A stretch of 63,622 nucleotides of DNA, the filler included, from Folioceros fuciformis (Eukaryota), in the NCBI GenBank assembly GCA_049999805.1. It is 9 parts of 9 records of this genome, joined end to end, with 100 filler letters (N's around TTAATTAATTAA, not from the genome) between each part and the next. Parts side by side here need not be neighbours in the genome. Positions count along the whole stretch, not along the records: positions 10,932 to 33,143 come from JBNGIO010004392.1; 8 more parts are not named here. The stretch is one strand, 5' to 3'. This document shows positions 10,932 to 23,089 of this stretch, one piece after another; within the stretch, counting starts at the first letter, position 1, and each line of letters begins with the position of its first letter. The position numbers and the translations under genes are program-made. The notes under the pieces were generated by a model. It had not been told where the DNA came from, did not search any database, and saw nothing but the letters and a program-made list of their open reading frames with translations.

Positions 10932-11464
10932 TGGTGGTGCCTTGCCTAGCGCCCGGCACTCCCGCTGTGGCGCCTGGTGCGGATGGCACCCTGAGCAGAT
11001 GCCCCGCATGTCAGAGATGGAGACTAGGAGTAGCGTGCAAAGTAGTTGCTTTATTGCATGCAGAAAAAATGTCTTACAAATTAATTAATTACAGAAAAAT
11101 GTCTTACAAATTAATTAATTACAATATACCAACCACCGCCTTTACTAAATAACTGCCTATGGGTGTCACGTGCAACGTTCCACCATCCATGCCGTTCCAC
11201 CAGCCATACCGTTTCAGGTGGTTTAATTAATATAATGTATTTATGCCTAAACGAGATTATATTTTAACACCGCACTTCCACACCCCGAGCTCCCAGCACC
11301 CCGAGCTTCCAACTCAGACTTCGCGCTCTGGCCTGAGGGGTTGAGATCCTACACTTCGGGATGGTGCACAAAGAACCCCCGGATGCCGGAGGTTGTCCTC
11401 ACTCCGGTGCACTCCTCACCTTGTCCGCATCACCTACAGACACAACCATCTTGCTCCACAACCA

Positions 11465-11477
11465 GGCTATGATACCA
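11465..11477 (-). promoter_or_regulatory. Primer binding site (tRNA-iMet-like)
   Basis: Minus strand TGGTATCATAGCC, 2 nt after the LTR end. Confidence 0.75.
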
Positions 11478-11479
11478 CT

Positions 11480-11771
11480 TGTAGGATCACTACAGGAGCT
11501 ACATGGTTAAGGAGGAGAGGAGGAGGCAAGGAGGAGAGGAGAAAGGAGAGGTCGCACTCTCACACTGAGTCTCTATAGCAAGGGAGCTCAAGGGAGTATT
11601 TATACCCTCTAGAAGAGCTCCCTAGGAAGCTTCACAAGAAGCGCACAGGAAGTTACGCAAGAAGCTTCCTACAGATTAGCTTAAGCTAATCTAAACTAAT
11701 GGTACTTAATTAGACACTAATCTTAGACTGAACACATTAGTCTAAGCACATTAGGCTTTATTAACTCTACA
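11480..11771 (-). repeat. 5' LTR (292 bp, TGTAG...CTACA) of a truncated element abutting copia RT
   Basis: Terminal inverted TGTAG/CTACA, internal TATAAATA, followed by PBS; similar to ~39326-39701. Confidence 0.75.
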
Positions 11772-12610
11772 AGGACATCAATGAGATCCTAAGGAAGTTT
11801 AACCTGGATCAAGCATATCCTGTCACCACACCCTATGCAGTTGGAACAAGACTTACTCGTGAGCAGTGTCCTGAGACAGCTGAGGAGATAGAGGACATGC
11901 GAGATGTCCCATACAGACATGCTGTGGGCAGTCTGATTTTTGTGGCTAATTGGACGTGGCCTGACATCCAGTATTCCGTTAGCACAGTTTCAAAGCTCTT
12001 GGAAAGCCTTAGTAGAACGCACTGGACAACTATTAAAAGGATAATTCGGTAATGGAAAGGCACCCAAACAATAGGCTTGGTTTACAAGCGTAGTGGCCAA
12101 GCACAGCTTACCTTGATAAGTTACACGGATGCATATTGGGCCTTTGATTCTAATTCTTGCTGTAGTCTATCCACGTATTGTTTTTTCTTGGCCTCTGCTG
12201 CAGTGAACTAGAGTTGTAAGAAGCCGGCAAGTATAGCCCTCAGCTCCACTGAAGCCGAATACAAGTCATTGATAGAGGCTTCTAAGGAAGCTGAGTGGAA
12301 GAGGAGCTTCCTTGCTGATGTTGGCCAAGTGCAATACCAGCCCACACAGCTGCTCTGCGACAATCAGTCAGCTTTGGAGTTAGTAGCCAATCCAAAATTT
12401 CATGCTCGCACAAAACATATTGAGGTCCAGCATCACTACATCCGGGACGTGGTGGAAAGGAAAGTAATCCAGGTTGGCTATGTGCTCGCAGGCGAGAATA
12501 TAACAGACATCTTGACCAAAGGGCTGTCCAAACGACAACATTATGCACACATGGAAGGGTTAGGGCTGGCAGATTTTTCAGCCTACTTCAATAGTGAGGA
12601 CTTATCTAGT
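11772..12610 (+). pseudogene. pol: Decayed copia RT/RNase H
   Basis: VPYRHAVGSL, WPDIQYSVS, SSTEAEYK, KHIEVQHH, DILTKGL with in-frame stops. Confidence 0.9.
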
Positions 12611-13452
12611 TGTGGCAGGGGGGAGGGGGAGGGTGGAAGCTTGCACTTCCAGTTTATTTTGAGGACCTTCTCCAACATAGCCAAGGCTCCTCCTTGCACA
12701 TGAGAGTGAGGTTAGTAAACACATGAGAAATATCAGACTGGAGTAGGTGGATGAAGCTTAGAGCAATATCTAATCACCTGGCTGCTGGTCCCTCGATGGA
12801 TATCACATTCTTGACCTTCTCTAGTAGCTTAATCGTCTTCTCCCATTCCTGGATTAGGCTTTGCTTCCCTGTTTCTCCCTTGCAGTCATCCGCTAGGTGA
12901 GGGTGGGACTGTCCCTTCTTCACCTTGCCTACCAACATCATGAAGTCCACCTTCACGTGGAAAGGGCCTAGGTGCACATACTACCCCCAGCCATTTCGTG
13001 CATCCCAGTCCCATCCCCTTGCAACAATGGCCCTCCTCTTAGTGTCAGAAATTGGGAGGCCTGCTAGTGAAGAAGGGGAAGTGTCCTTCACATCAGCTGT
13101 AGGGCTTGGTGCCCTTCTCTTCCTCTTGCCCCTACGCTGCTTCGCTAGGTTACTGAAGGTTCGCCCACTCCGTGTCTACTTGATGGCAAGCTTGAGCAGG
13201 TGGATGAGCATAAATAGGCCCAGCTGGATCAGCGCAGCCATAGAAGCTAGATGATCTGCCATCTCGGAGCTGTTGCCTCGCTTTTATTCTCAACTAGTCT
13301 TGGGTCGTAAGCACATGTATACGCTGCACAAGTTCTCAGGGCATGATGTTGTCCGCTACTAGTTGTGATGCCAGCGATGGTTCAGCTCAGTACTCCGAGC
13401 TCTACGTGAAGAAATCCTGATCATTTCGACATGTGTTGAGCTTAAGGGAGGG

Positions 13453-13642
13453 TGTTACGATAGGCATCATTAGGGTTAAGCCTAAACACATGTATACGGA
13501 GATATGCAAATTAGGGTTATCTGTGAAGAGTCGTGCATATAGTATTTAAACATTTTGTGTATGCTTTTATTCATTATCCAATTCAACTGAAGAAAGTTTA
13601 TCCAAAAACATTCTCTCGCTCCGCTCCACAATTTACACTACA
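13453..13642 (+). repeat. Putative 3' LTR of the decayed copia
   Basis: PPT AAGGGAGGG directly before TGTTAC; TATTTAAA inside; right boundary approximate. Confidence 0.5.
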
Positions 13643-14705
13643 CAACAAGCCAACTACCTGAAGCCAAGTGGCGACTAGAGTACCGCACACTCTGTCGGAT
13701 GGTGGTGGATGCCATCTAGTAGCTTAACGATAGCCACGCTTTCTTCCATAGCAAAGTTCTCTAGGTCCTGAGTGAGACCACAGAGGACTGTGGCAGGCGC
13801 AACTACCAGACACTCCCTTCAAACTTGCGAACTATGCCCAGTAGTTTGGAGGCTCCAACCCGCAGATCTTCCGATTCGCTCACCCCATGCTGGCTCTGTC
13901 AACTTGCCCATCCCAATCGGCGAGGTAGAATCTCCTCCCGGCCCCACCTCACCCATAGGATCTACTTCAGCAACACTCTCCCTCGATCCTACCTTTTCTG
14001 CTCCCCCCTTTCTCATTAAGGAGCGGTGTCATTGTTAGCTGGCTCTTGATAGAATCGGATTGTTAGGACCTTAGAGTAGATACTAGACTTCTTTTTGTTT
14101 ATGGTAGCTGTCTGGAACTGGAGTCCGATTTTTGCATAAAACTCCTCATACGGTAATTGAGAGGGGCCTCGGACCTCACTCTCTGCTCAGAACACACTGT
14201 CTTGTTCCCTCTCCTTTGTCTTACATCCAAGTGCTCCTCTCCCCTTCCACCGTCCCTCGTAGCCGCCCCTCTAGGCTCATCGACGTAACTCCATCTCCCA
14301 CCCTGACCGCCAGGGCACCTACTATCCGATCTTTAGGAGCGATGAAGATACATATGCTCGAGGAACGTATATGGACAACCTACCAATTGCTTTTTGCAAT
14401 GACCCTCGCCTGCAACGAATCGCTGACGACATCCACCAGATCGGAGTTGCTATCACCCATCTTTGCCATGTACCACTTCCGCCCTCTCCCACTTCTGTGC
14501 ATCTTTGGTTCCCCCCGGACTTCGTGAAGCAGTGGCCTCGTTTTCCCATCCCCTCCTTTCTTTCCTATGCTCACCTTGACCCTCCATGTCTTTGGCATCC
14601 TAGCGGACCCTCGTCGGGCCACGCCACGTTTGTCAGCACCTTAGTCTGTCCCATCTCCGACTCCACGTGTTGCCCTATGACTAGTTCGCCGATTTTGTTC
14701 TTACT

Positions 14706-15300
14706 GTGTCCAAACACTTGACTCCCATAGAAAAGGAGGAATTCAGGGCTCTCTTTAGAGAGTTCATGGATGTGTTTGCTTTCAAAATAATGGATATGAT
14801 TGGGATCCTGGAAGCCTTGGGAGAACATCGGATCGATTTGAAGGAGGGTGCCACTCCGGTTCGCATTAAGCAATACCGGCTAAACCCCAAGTATTTGATG
14901 GTGGTTGAGGAGAAGCTGAATCAATATCTTAAGGATGGGGTCATTTACCCCGTGCCGACTTGCAAGTGGGTAGCTCGTATTGTGGTAGTGCCTAAGAAAC
15001 AGAAGGGGAGGTCTGGGTTTGCCAAGATTTGACGATTGAATGAGGCAACAAAAAAGGAGCATCATCTACTGCCCTTCATTGACTCTATCCTCGATACTAT
15101 GGCGGGTCGTGAGATGTACAACTTCCTGAACGGGTACTTCGGCTACAACCAGATCTCACTCGAAGAAGAGGATTAGAGCAAGACCACCTTCAGCATAGAT
15201 TGGGGGATATTCGTGTATGCCAAACTACTATTTGGCCTCTGCAATGCACCAACAACGTTCCAGCGAGTCGTCAATCCAATTTTTAAGGACTTTCTCCGCC
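14706..15300 (+). pseudogene. pol: Ty3/gypsy reverse transcriptase fragment
   Basis: HRIDL..PVRIKQYRL, IVVVPKK, LPFIDSILD, GYFGYNQI, KTTF, FGLCNAPTTFQR across frameshifts and stops. Confidence 0.9.
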
Positions 15301-16006
15301 AAGGAGATCACGTGCGTCTTGCAGGCATGTGGGAACGTGGCGGAAAGCAACTACGGAAAAAAAAAAAACAAAAGTTTCGGAAAGCAATGGCATGCAAAGG
15401 TCAGAAAAAAAGAGCTTGAGGCTGATGTGCCCTACTCAGTAAATCTGTACTGCGGCATACCCATGGTGCAACATCAGAAATACAAGCACACATGTACGTG
15501 GGAAGTTTCCTCCGCCGTGCACGGGTCCAAAAAAGGTCTGCATATAGGCCGAAGAAAACATTTCTCAATATCGTCCCCACAAGAAAAAGAATTACATACA
15601 TCTGACAGTATCGTGAATAATATGTCCAGACACAGCGTCACAGCCTAGGAACGTGCTCCGAGAAAGCGGCTGAGAGCCCTTGGCCAAAAAATGAAGGACT
15701 AAAACACAACACTGTTCTGCAGGGTCTACCGCAGAACGGCACTTTTGAGCAACGCAAATTGCCCTTTCAGCAAATGCCCCTCCGTCTGTAGTGCATAGAC
15801 CGGAGATCGCTCGAAGGGATAGATCAGCAGATTATAAAATAGTCGTCGTCCAGCTTACTCCACAGTCCGCCAGGGTCCACCATTATTGATTGCTACAGTC
15901 CCGGGTCCACAGTTTGTGAAAGAACAAATAGGGACATCTGGCTGCTTCGGCAATCACAGATTGCAGAATTTTCGCTTGTGGGTGCAGAACTATTTGGAGC
16001 GAGGCC

Positions 16007-16379
16007 ATGACGAACCTGGCTTCTCTTCTCCTCTCCTACCTCCTGATCCTTGTGACTTAGTGGGGAAAAGAAGTTCTGGTCACTAATTTCATTTCGGGAA
16101 GAATGTCTAATGTATAATCAAGAGGCTACTTGTAGCATCTTGAGGAGTCAAGTCACTCGAGGAGACACGACTGTTCAACTAATGAGTCGCGACTGTTCAG
16201 ACCTCGATCGGTTGCAGCTTATATGAATGCATCTCTTCTCATACGGATCGTGGGTTCCGACGGCCTGGGCGGCCGCAAGCTGACCTGGCAAGCACCACAA
16301 GCTCAAGCTCACCCCGAAGCGGGAGAAGTTCCACCAACACAACTTCTTCCTGCACGACGATCTGCTGGTGTCCAATGCG
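16007..16379 (+). pseudogene. Truncated dirigent paralog
   Basis: ATGACGAACCTGGCTTCT... and TTCTTCCTGCACGACGATCTG match 23090-23262; interrupted by a ~190-bp insert and lacking the 3' part. Confidence 0.85.
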
Positions 16380-16930
16380 CACTGAACGATGCACGCCTGT
16401 TTTTGAAACGCATGGCTGGAAAGGAGGTGTCGACATGGAATAATGCACGGATTGCGTGGGATTCGTATCTACGAAGGAGTCGGCCAACAGGTTTTTGTTC
16501 TGTTTCGCCAATCAACTGGAGCAAGAAGGCATTGTTCTGGCTAACCAAGCTACTATTCTGCGCATGCCTTGCGATGGTCTGTGTAAATACGGGTGCCTAA
16601 CAGAAGAGCAGTCAGCAGCATTCACAGATTTTGGAAAGAGGATTGCTCATTAACGGTCTAGTTGGAAACTGCCTGCTGGCCATTTATGCCAAAAGCGGTA
16701 AACTGCAAGATTCACACCCGGCTTTTTTACAGCAGGACCACAAAGGATGAGGTGTCATGGACTCTGCTGATTGCTGAGTATGCAGAATGTGGTGAACTGA
16801 CAGATGTAGGCTAGGTGTTTGACAGATGCAGGCCACTTGTTTGAAAGCTTGAACATAAAAAGAAGGTGGTGACATCGACTGCCCTCACTGCTTGGTATCC
16901 ACTTGATGGACTCAGCCAAGAGGGCCTTGT
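16380..16930 (+). pseudogene. Decayed PLS-class pentatricopeptide repeat fragment
   Basis: Across frames: ARL..RMAGKEVSTWN, QLEQEG, VGNCLLAIYAKSGKL, VSWTLLIAEYAECG. Confidence 0.65.
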
Positions 16931-17205
16931 TCTGTATGGACAACTGGAGGCGGCTCCCATCTACGGTATGTGATTTGTGGAGTAGACTGGCCAGTGACAG
17001 TGATAGCTCGCCAAGCAGGACAAGGGCACGCAGCGTAAAGTCACGGACTAAGCAAAGAAACAGCAAAATGACGTCTAACGTATGCACGATTCTGGAAAAC
17101 CAAGCGACTGCTCGAGGCCCGAAGGGTGTGTTCATTGGCAGCACATGGTACTGCGTACCTGTAACACGTGAGACCTAAAGGCACTTGTGCCTCCTCCTAC
17201 TGGAA

Positions 17206-18698
17206 TCAGTTTGGGCAGATTCGACGATCTTGCACGGTGAGAAGGAAAGGATCATCGCAGGTAAAGCTGTATCCGAGTTCCTCCACCTTTGCTAGCAGGG
17301 AGTTGGTCAAATCTTGGGACAATGTCGGCGTTCTGGACAGGATGAAGATGCTGGTGTCTATCTCCCCTTCAGACAACTGGGTGCACGAGAAGACGACGGC
17401 AGCCTCGTAGCCCTGGCTTGCCACCCCGGTGATGGCCACAACCCAGTAAGGTCCTGGCGTCAGCGGCTGTCCAGGGATGGGGAAGAAGACATCGAGCTTG
17501 GCGGGATCCGATACGCTCTGCTCTGCAAATCCGGTGAGAGCGAAGAGCTGCGACGGTCTCGAATTGTCCGCCGCCACCAGCTCATCAGCAACTTCTAAGA
17601 GCTTCTGGCTGCCTAAAGCGATGTCCACGTTCTGCGAAGTGATGGCCTCTTCTTGAGCCCAGATCTGGGTGCCGGCGAGGGTGAGCAAGAAGGCTGCTTG
17701 CGCGTTGCTCGGAGAGCCAGCCAGCAGCTTGTTGGCAACCTGCCGCACACACCAAGTTATGTCACATGAGCATTCACTACTACTGCTCCAACACAGTGGC
17801 AGAAGAGGAACCGTGGCGTACCGAGATAATCTGCGCTCGGGCTTGTGAGATTTTCTTCAGAGTCGTGAGAGCACTCAACACTCCATTCTCCAAATCCTTG
17901 GCAATATGGGAGAATTCCTTCAAGGTCCCGGCCTTGCTCCCGATTGCCTGGCTCAGTGCCCCGGCCTTGATGGCCGCTGCCTTTACCTTCTCGGGTAGGG
18001 GACTGACCAGGCTTTGCAAAGACGCCAGCGCCTCGGAAATGTTGGCAACCGCGGAAGCAAGAGTCTTGGCGTCCTTCCCGACGAGGCCTCCACTCAATGT
18101 CTTCACCTGTGCAACGGCCTGCGAGATGGGCCCGTCTGGATCAACCGTGGAGCACAATGAGCGGGCTGCAGAACAGATTTTCTGTAGGCTGGCCTGGATC
18201 AACGCCACTCCCTGAGAAGCTATCGGGCCCAACACCTGCACGAGATCACCCACTCCAAGTCGTCAATCTACATGATGGCAACGGAAACTGGAAGACAGAA
18301 GCATGTCTCGCCGCTCAGGGTCTCACTGACCGAACCCGGCTTGATTGGAATTTTACCGATGAGACGTATGGAATTCACCAACGCTGTACCTGAAATCCCG
18401 AGTTGACGACAGTGACGTTGGCGCCCTGGGTGGGCGTCGGGGCCTCGGCCAGGGTGTAGTTGGCGAAGACGCAGACTAAGCCGGCCTCGGTACCCAGCTT
18501 GAACCTGGCCGTGCTGCCGATCTCGTACCACTTCCCGACGTACGCAGAGAGATCGAAGTCCCGCACGGTAGGGGGATTCGGGCACGTAGTGGCCTTGTAT
18601 GAGGATGAACAGTTTGCGGCGGCATAGGCACCACCACGTGCGACCAGTAGCGCGAGGAACGCGAGGGCCGACAACCAGGCAGCCTGTGGTCTCGCCAT
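17206..18698 (-). CDS. Secreted apolipoprotein D-like lipocalin with large helical insertion (predicted 418 aa; exons 18698-18390, 18235-17822, 17739-17206)
   Basis: Signal peptide; CPNPPTVRDFDLSAYVGKWYEI, CVFANYT, PAKLDV, PYWVVA, AVVFSC, FILSRTPTL, terminal CP; two phase-0 GT-AG introns give one stop-free frame. Confidence 0.88.
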
Positions 18699-18739
18699 TG
18701 TTTGGAGCTGCAGTGTTTTGCCGGACAGGGGCCCCTCCC

Positions 18740-18746
18740 TTAAATA
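18740..18746 (-). promoter_or_regulatory. Candidate TATA box of the lipocalin gene
   Basis: TATTTAA about 42 nt upstream of the ATG. Confidence 0.45.
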
Positions 18747-19019
18747 CGTTCGAAAACGCGATCGTGGGACAACACCTCTAATTGAGAAGCTGCTACAACG
18801 GTTCCATTCTGCTTTGCTTCATGATGCTGCCATTCGTCGAACTCCTCCGGAGAAGTTGCGAGAAACGACGCGTGACGAAGCTGGGAAGTGGGGAATCGGG
18901 AGGCTGACAACTGTAATGTGAACAGAGATAAATTACAGCCATTTGTCGGCGCTTTCTCTCCGCAAAAATGCAGTGGTGCGCCTGTTCCGTTGTCAAGGTG
19001 CATTTTTCGTAACAATGTA

Positions 19020-20450
19020 ATGACCTCTGAGGACGACGACGAAGTCTCGTCTGTCCTAAAACACGGTCACGAATCTGGTTCGTACTGTCCTCGTCACTCC
19101 GGCGGAGACGGCGGTGATACGCACCACACGCATTGTCTATCATACCAGAGGGATTCAAGATAACGGGGAGCCGACCTGGGCCTGCGACTGGCTCTGGGCC
19201 TGGGCCTGGGGCTGGGGCTGCGTGTGACGATCGCATCGAGCCTCCAACGGGGCTGAGATCTGGAAAGTGGCGGCATCTGAGATTGCCGCATCGATGCTCA
19301 AGGCGGTGGAGAAGGCAGGGAAAGTGCGACGTAAGCTGCTGGAGAACCTGCTCGGCAAAAACGCAGACTGCAAGTACCTCCGAAAGCAAGGGATTAATGG
19401 TAGAATGGACTTGGAGTCCTTCCGCTCCTGTATTCCGGTGATCAATTACGACGCTGTGGCTGAAGACATTGAGCGGCTGATGCAAGATCACACTGCTCAC
19501 ATTCTTGTTGCGACCAGACAACTGAAATTTTTGTCAGGTTCGGACTTGTCGTGCGCAAAGAGAGTGCGCAGGAGTACTAGCTAGTGTTCCCATATCCATC
19601 TTGTTGAAGAATGCATTTCCAGTGGTTTGTAATTTTGTTTCCATCCAGCCTGAAGTAACGATCCTCCTGCCTGGCTCCTGGTGTCAATGCGCAGTTCGGG
19701 AACATTCGCAGGCAAGCGCAAGGCCTTCCCGGTTACTGCGTCTCAGCTCGAGGCCTTCGACCGTTCCTTTTCCTACCTTGAAGTTTTTGAGCAGTAAGCT
19801 GTGACATCGAACCTTGCAACCTTGTACCTGGAGATATTATATCTCGGTTAAGGATACACATTGATGGCTGGCTGGCTAGTAATTGCAACCGCGGCCTAGG
19901 ATTGCAACTTGCTTGTGAAGAAGAATGATGCATCCGGTGACATAACCGCGCATCCTATTGTATATGTGGCTTCAGACAGGCAGATTGAGAAAGCGCAGTG
20001 ATGGCGTCGGGCCCGCGAATGATGCTATATTCGGTAGGCAGACAGGCAAGCACGCCAGGTGGGCTGAAAGTGGAGACAGCAATTTCTTCCCTTCTCAATA
20101 GGAGATTTGGCAACGTATCAACAGACTTAGACTTGTCCAAGGTAATCACAAGTCCGATCGAGGTTGTCCTGTGCGACGACTACGAACAGGCAACCTACTG
20201 CCGTCTTGTCTGCTGATTGATCCGCTCCAGCCAGGTGAGTAGAATAAGTTAGTTGCTTCAGGCCTGGCGAATATCTTTGCCAAATTCGAGCAGTGGTGGG
20301 AGCACATATGCAGTGACATAGAACAAGGCAAGCTGAGCAACCGTATCACAGATGCTACCCTGCGTGCATCCATGTCTAAGCTGCCGGTGAACGCCGATAA
20401 CGATGTTGCTCGCTCTACTGAAAAGAAAAGAGTAAGGAGTCGCGGGAAGG
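19020..20450 (+). pseudogene. GH3: GH3 acyl-acid amido synthetase pseudogene (5' half)
   Basis: LENLLGKNADCKYL..SFRSCIPVINYD, SSGT.AGKRKAFP after intron 19538-19693, TPGGL, ITSPIEVVLCDDYEQATYC, WEHICSDIEQGKLS; frameshift before the first intron, premature stops, no 3' exons seen. Confidence 0.85.
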
Positions 20451-20624
20451 TATCATACCTTTGATCGTAAATAACTTGTACTATACAAGTTTGTACACAA
20501 GTCTCGGCTTTCAAGTCTCAGTTCTTCTTCATTCTTCCTCTCTACAATAGATGTCTATCTTCCAGTCAAAAGGTTAAAAGGTACTAGCCCCTTTCAACAT
20601 CACTTTCAAAAACTATCTTCCAGT

Positions 20625-20771
20625 CCCAAAATGTCATGATGTGGAATATCAACAAGGCATGGCCACCATTGGTATCAAATAAGACTTGCGCTTGACTATC
20701 TACCACTCCCAAAATGTCATGATGTGGAATATCAACAAGGCATGACTACCATTGGTATCAAATAAGACTTG
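20625..20771. repeat. Local direct duplication (~64-bp core, 83-bp period)
   Basis: CCCAAAATGTCATGATGTGGAATATC...AAGACTTG occurs twice. Confidence 0.85.
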
Positions 20772-21696
20772 GGCTTGTTGCTATTCATTATGTTAGCATG
20801 CTAGGAATAAAAGAATAATATGCTAGGGTTAGTGATAATTAACACTATGTAGTGTTGACTATCTTAAGTGAACAATAGACGCACTTGGGATCGCTGACCA
20901 CTCGGCTTAGAGAAAACAATTTGAGAAAATTTACAACAACTATGGAATTGATGTGGCCAGGGTACATGTGAGAGTGACCGGTGGGGCACCGGCAAAGTCA
21001 ATTCTTGACTTGAGTTACTTGGCATTGCATTTCAGCATACTTCGTTGGTGCGGATAAACAAACCCAAGGCATCGATCATAAGCCGGCTGTATCGATAAAG
21101 GCATCCTCGTTGCGCTTTAGCTTACACTCGTCACGCAGTTCACGCCGACAAATTCCTGACTCACATGGCTCCTACCACNNNNNNNNNNNNNNNNNNNNNN
21201 NNNNNNNNNNNNNNNNNNNNNNNNNNNNNNNNNNNNNNNNNNNNNNNNNNNNNNNNNNNNNNNNNNNNNNNNNNNNNNGGCGGGGGCTTGGCAGATCCGC
21301 GTATAAAGGTGTCAGGTCAGGTCGAAGGAAATATTTGTCAATGGCAACTCCACGAGAAAAAGCATATATATCCACAGAAGTACTTGGACTCTTCTGCTGG
21401 CCTTCTGCTGGTGGGGTCGCTATTTTCCATGATTAAATTTGATGTACAGGCACACGGCATCACAGCACAGGACTATGTGAGCCTCGGAGACAGCAGCTAC
21501 GATCTCCTGGCGAAAACTCAGACACTACTGTATGTAGAAACCGCAACGCTGTTCGGCACGGTGTAGCGTAGAACAGCGCTTTTCAGCGACTGCCCGTCCT
21601 CCTCCAGGGCACAGACCGGGAATGAATGCTCCAAAGAACGAATCTGGTTCAGCAGACTACAAAGTAGTCGTCGTCTAGGTTACCCCACAGTCCACC

Positions 21697-22942
21697 GCCT
21701 GTGTCTCAATCTCCGAAGCGATGAATGCTTCACTCGTGTAAAATCCTACGTGGCAGGCATGTCACGCCCCGTGCATCCAAAGACCCCCATACATCTAAGG
21801 CTAGCCAGCTCACATACGGTTTTCCCGCGATGCATTGCGCCATGCGCGTAAGCGCCCCTGGCAATAGGACCGAGCGGGCTGAACGAAAGCGTATTCGATC
21901 CCCCCCACGTCCGGTTGTCCCTGCACAAATTCCTCTTGAGCACGCCCACATCCACTCGCCCTTCAAGGGTCTGTCCACCTTCACTCCCCGGCTCGTCTCT
22001 CCTGCCGTGCCTACGTCTCAATCTAGGCAGGTGGGATCTGAGGGGGAGAAGGAGAGGATACCGGGGTGTGTTCGGATCAGGCGTGAAGGGTCGGCAGTGC
22101 CGGCTTTGGGCAGGGGAAGGAATTGGCGGAGAAAGGGTTTCAGGCTTTTGAGGGAGGCCGAGATCAGGCCGGGAAGAGGAAGGAAGGACGGGAAGGGGGT
22201 CGGGCTGGAGAGGAAGGATTTTAAGATCGCTTATGTTGGATGAATAGATTGGAGAGGAGGATTTTAAGATCGCCTATGTTGCATGAATAGACTGCAAATT
22301 TGTTTTAGGAAAAGGCCTGAAATGTGCTGCCAGTTTAGATTGTCGATGAAGAATTGCCCAAGCAGTGCATGGAATGCAGCACGTTTGCTTTCGCAGGCAG
22401 AACTTGGGTGAAGCACGGTCTGCAAGGAGTAGTGGGTTTACGTTTGAATTGAGAAAGCTCGATCGTTTGAACGAGGCTGGCAGGACTAACTACGAGCCCG
22501 CGCACCATTGCGTGATCTGAGACGATATATGTACATGATAGGAAATGTGGGTTACGCTTGGCATCTGTAGAGGAGTTTGCAACCTGATCTGAACGTGTAC
22601 AATTCTAGCTTCAATGGAAATGAAAACGCAAACAAATGTATATGAGTAAACCTCTCCCATCAAAAAGCACAGCAGCGTGGAGTGAGGAAATCGAAATCTC
22701 AGCGTTCTCCCGTGCTTCTTGATCGGGTAGACGTAAAACGAGGGCGGGAGGAGAGGAAGAGAGACGGGGGGAAGAGGGACGCCTACCGCGCTTAGGGTTA
22801 TGGCACAATGCGTCGCGGCAAAACCGTATGTGTGCTGGCTAGCCTTCAGCGTATGAAGGTCTTTGGATGGACGGGGCATGACATGCCACGTCCGATTTCA
22901 CACGAGTGAAGCATTTATTGCTTCGGAGATTGAGACGCAGCG
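21697..22942. mobile_element. Non-autonomous Mutator-like element (MULE)
   Basis: ~155-bp imperfect TIRs (GCCTGTGTCTCAATCTCCGAAGC.../...GCTTCGGAGATTGAGACGCAGCG); 9-bp TSD CAGTCCACC at 21688-21696 and 22943-22951; empty site in the paralog at 15863-15871. Confidence 0.92.
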
Positions 22943-23089
22943 CAGTCCACCAGGGTCCACCGTTGTCAGTTGCTCCAGCGCCCTGGTCCCACAGTTACTT
23001 TGAGAACATATAGTGATATCCGGCTTCCTTCGCCAGTCACAGCCTGCAGCATTTTCGCTTGTGGGTGCAGCATCACTTCGAGCGAAGCC

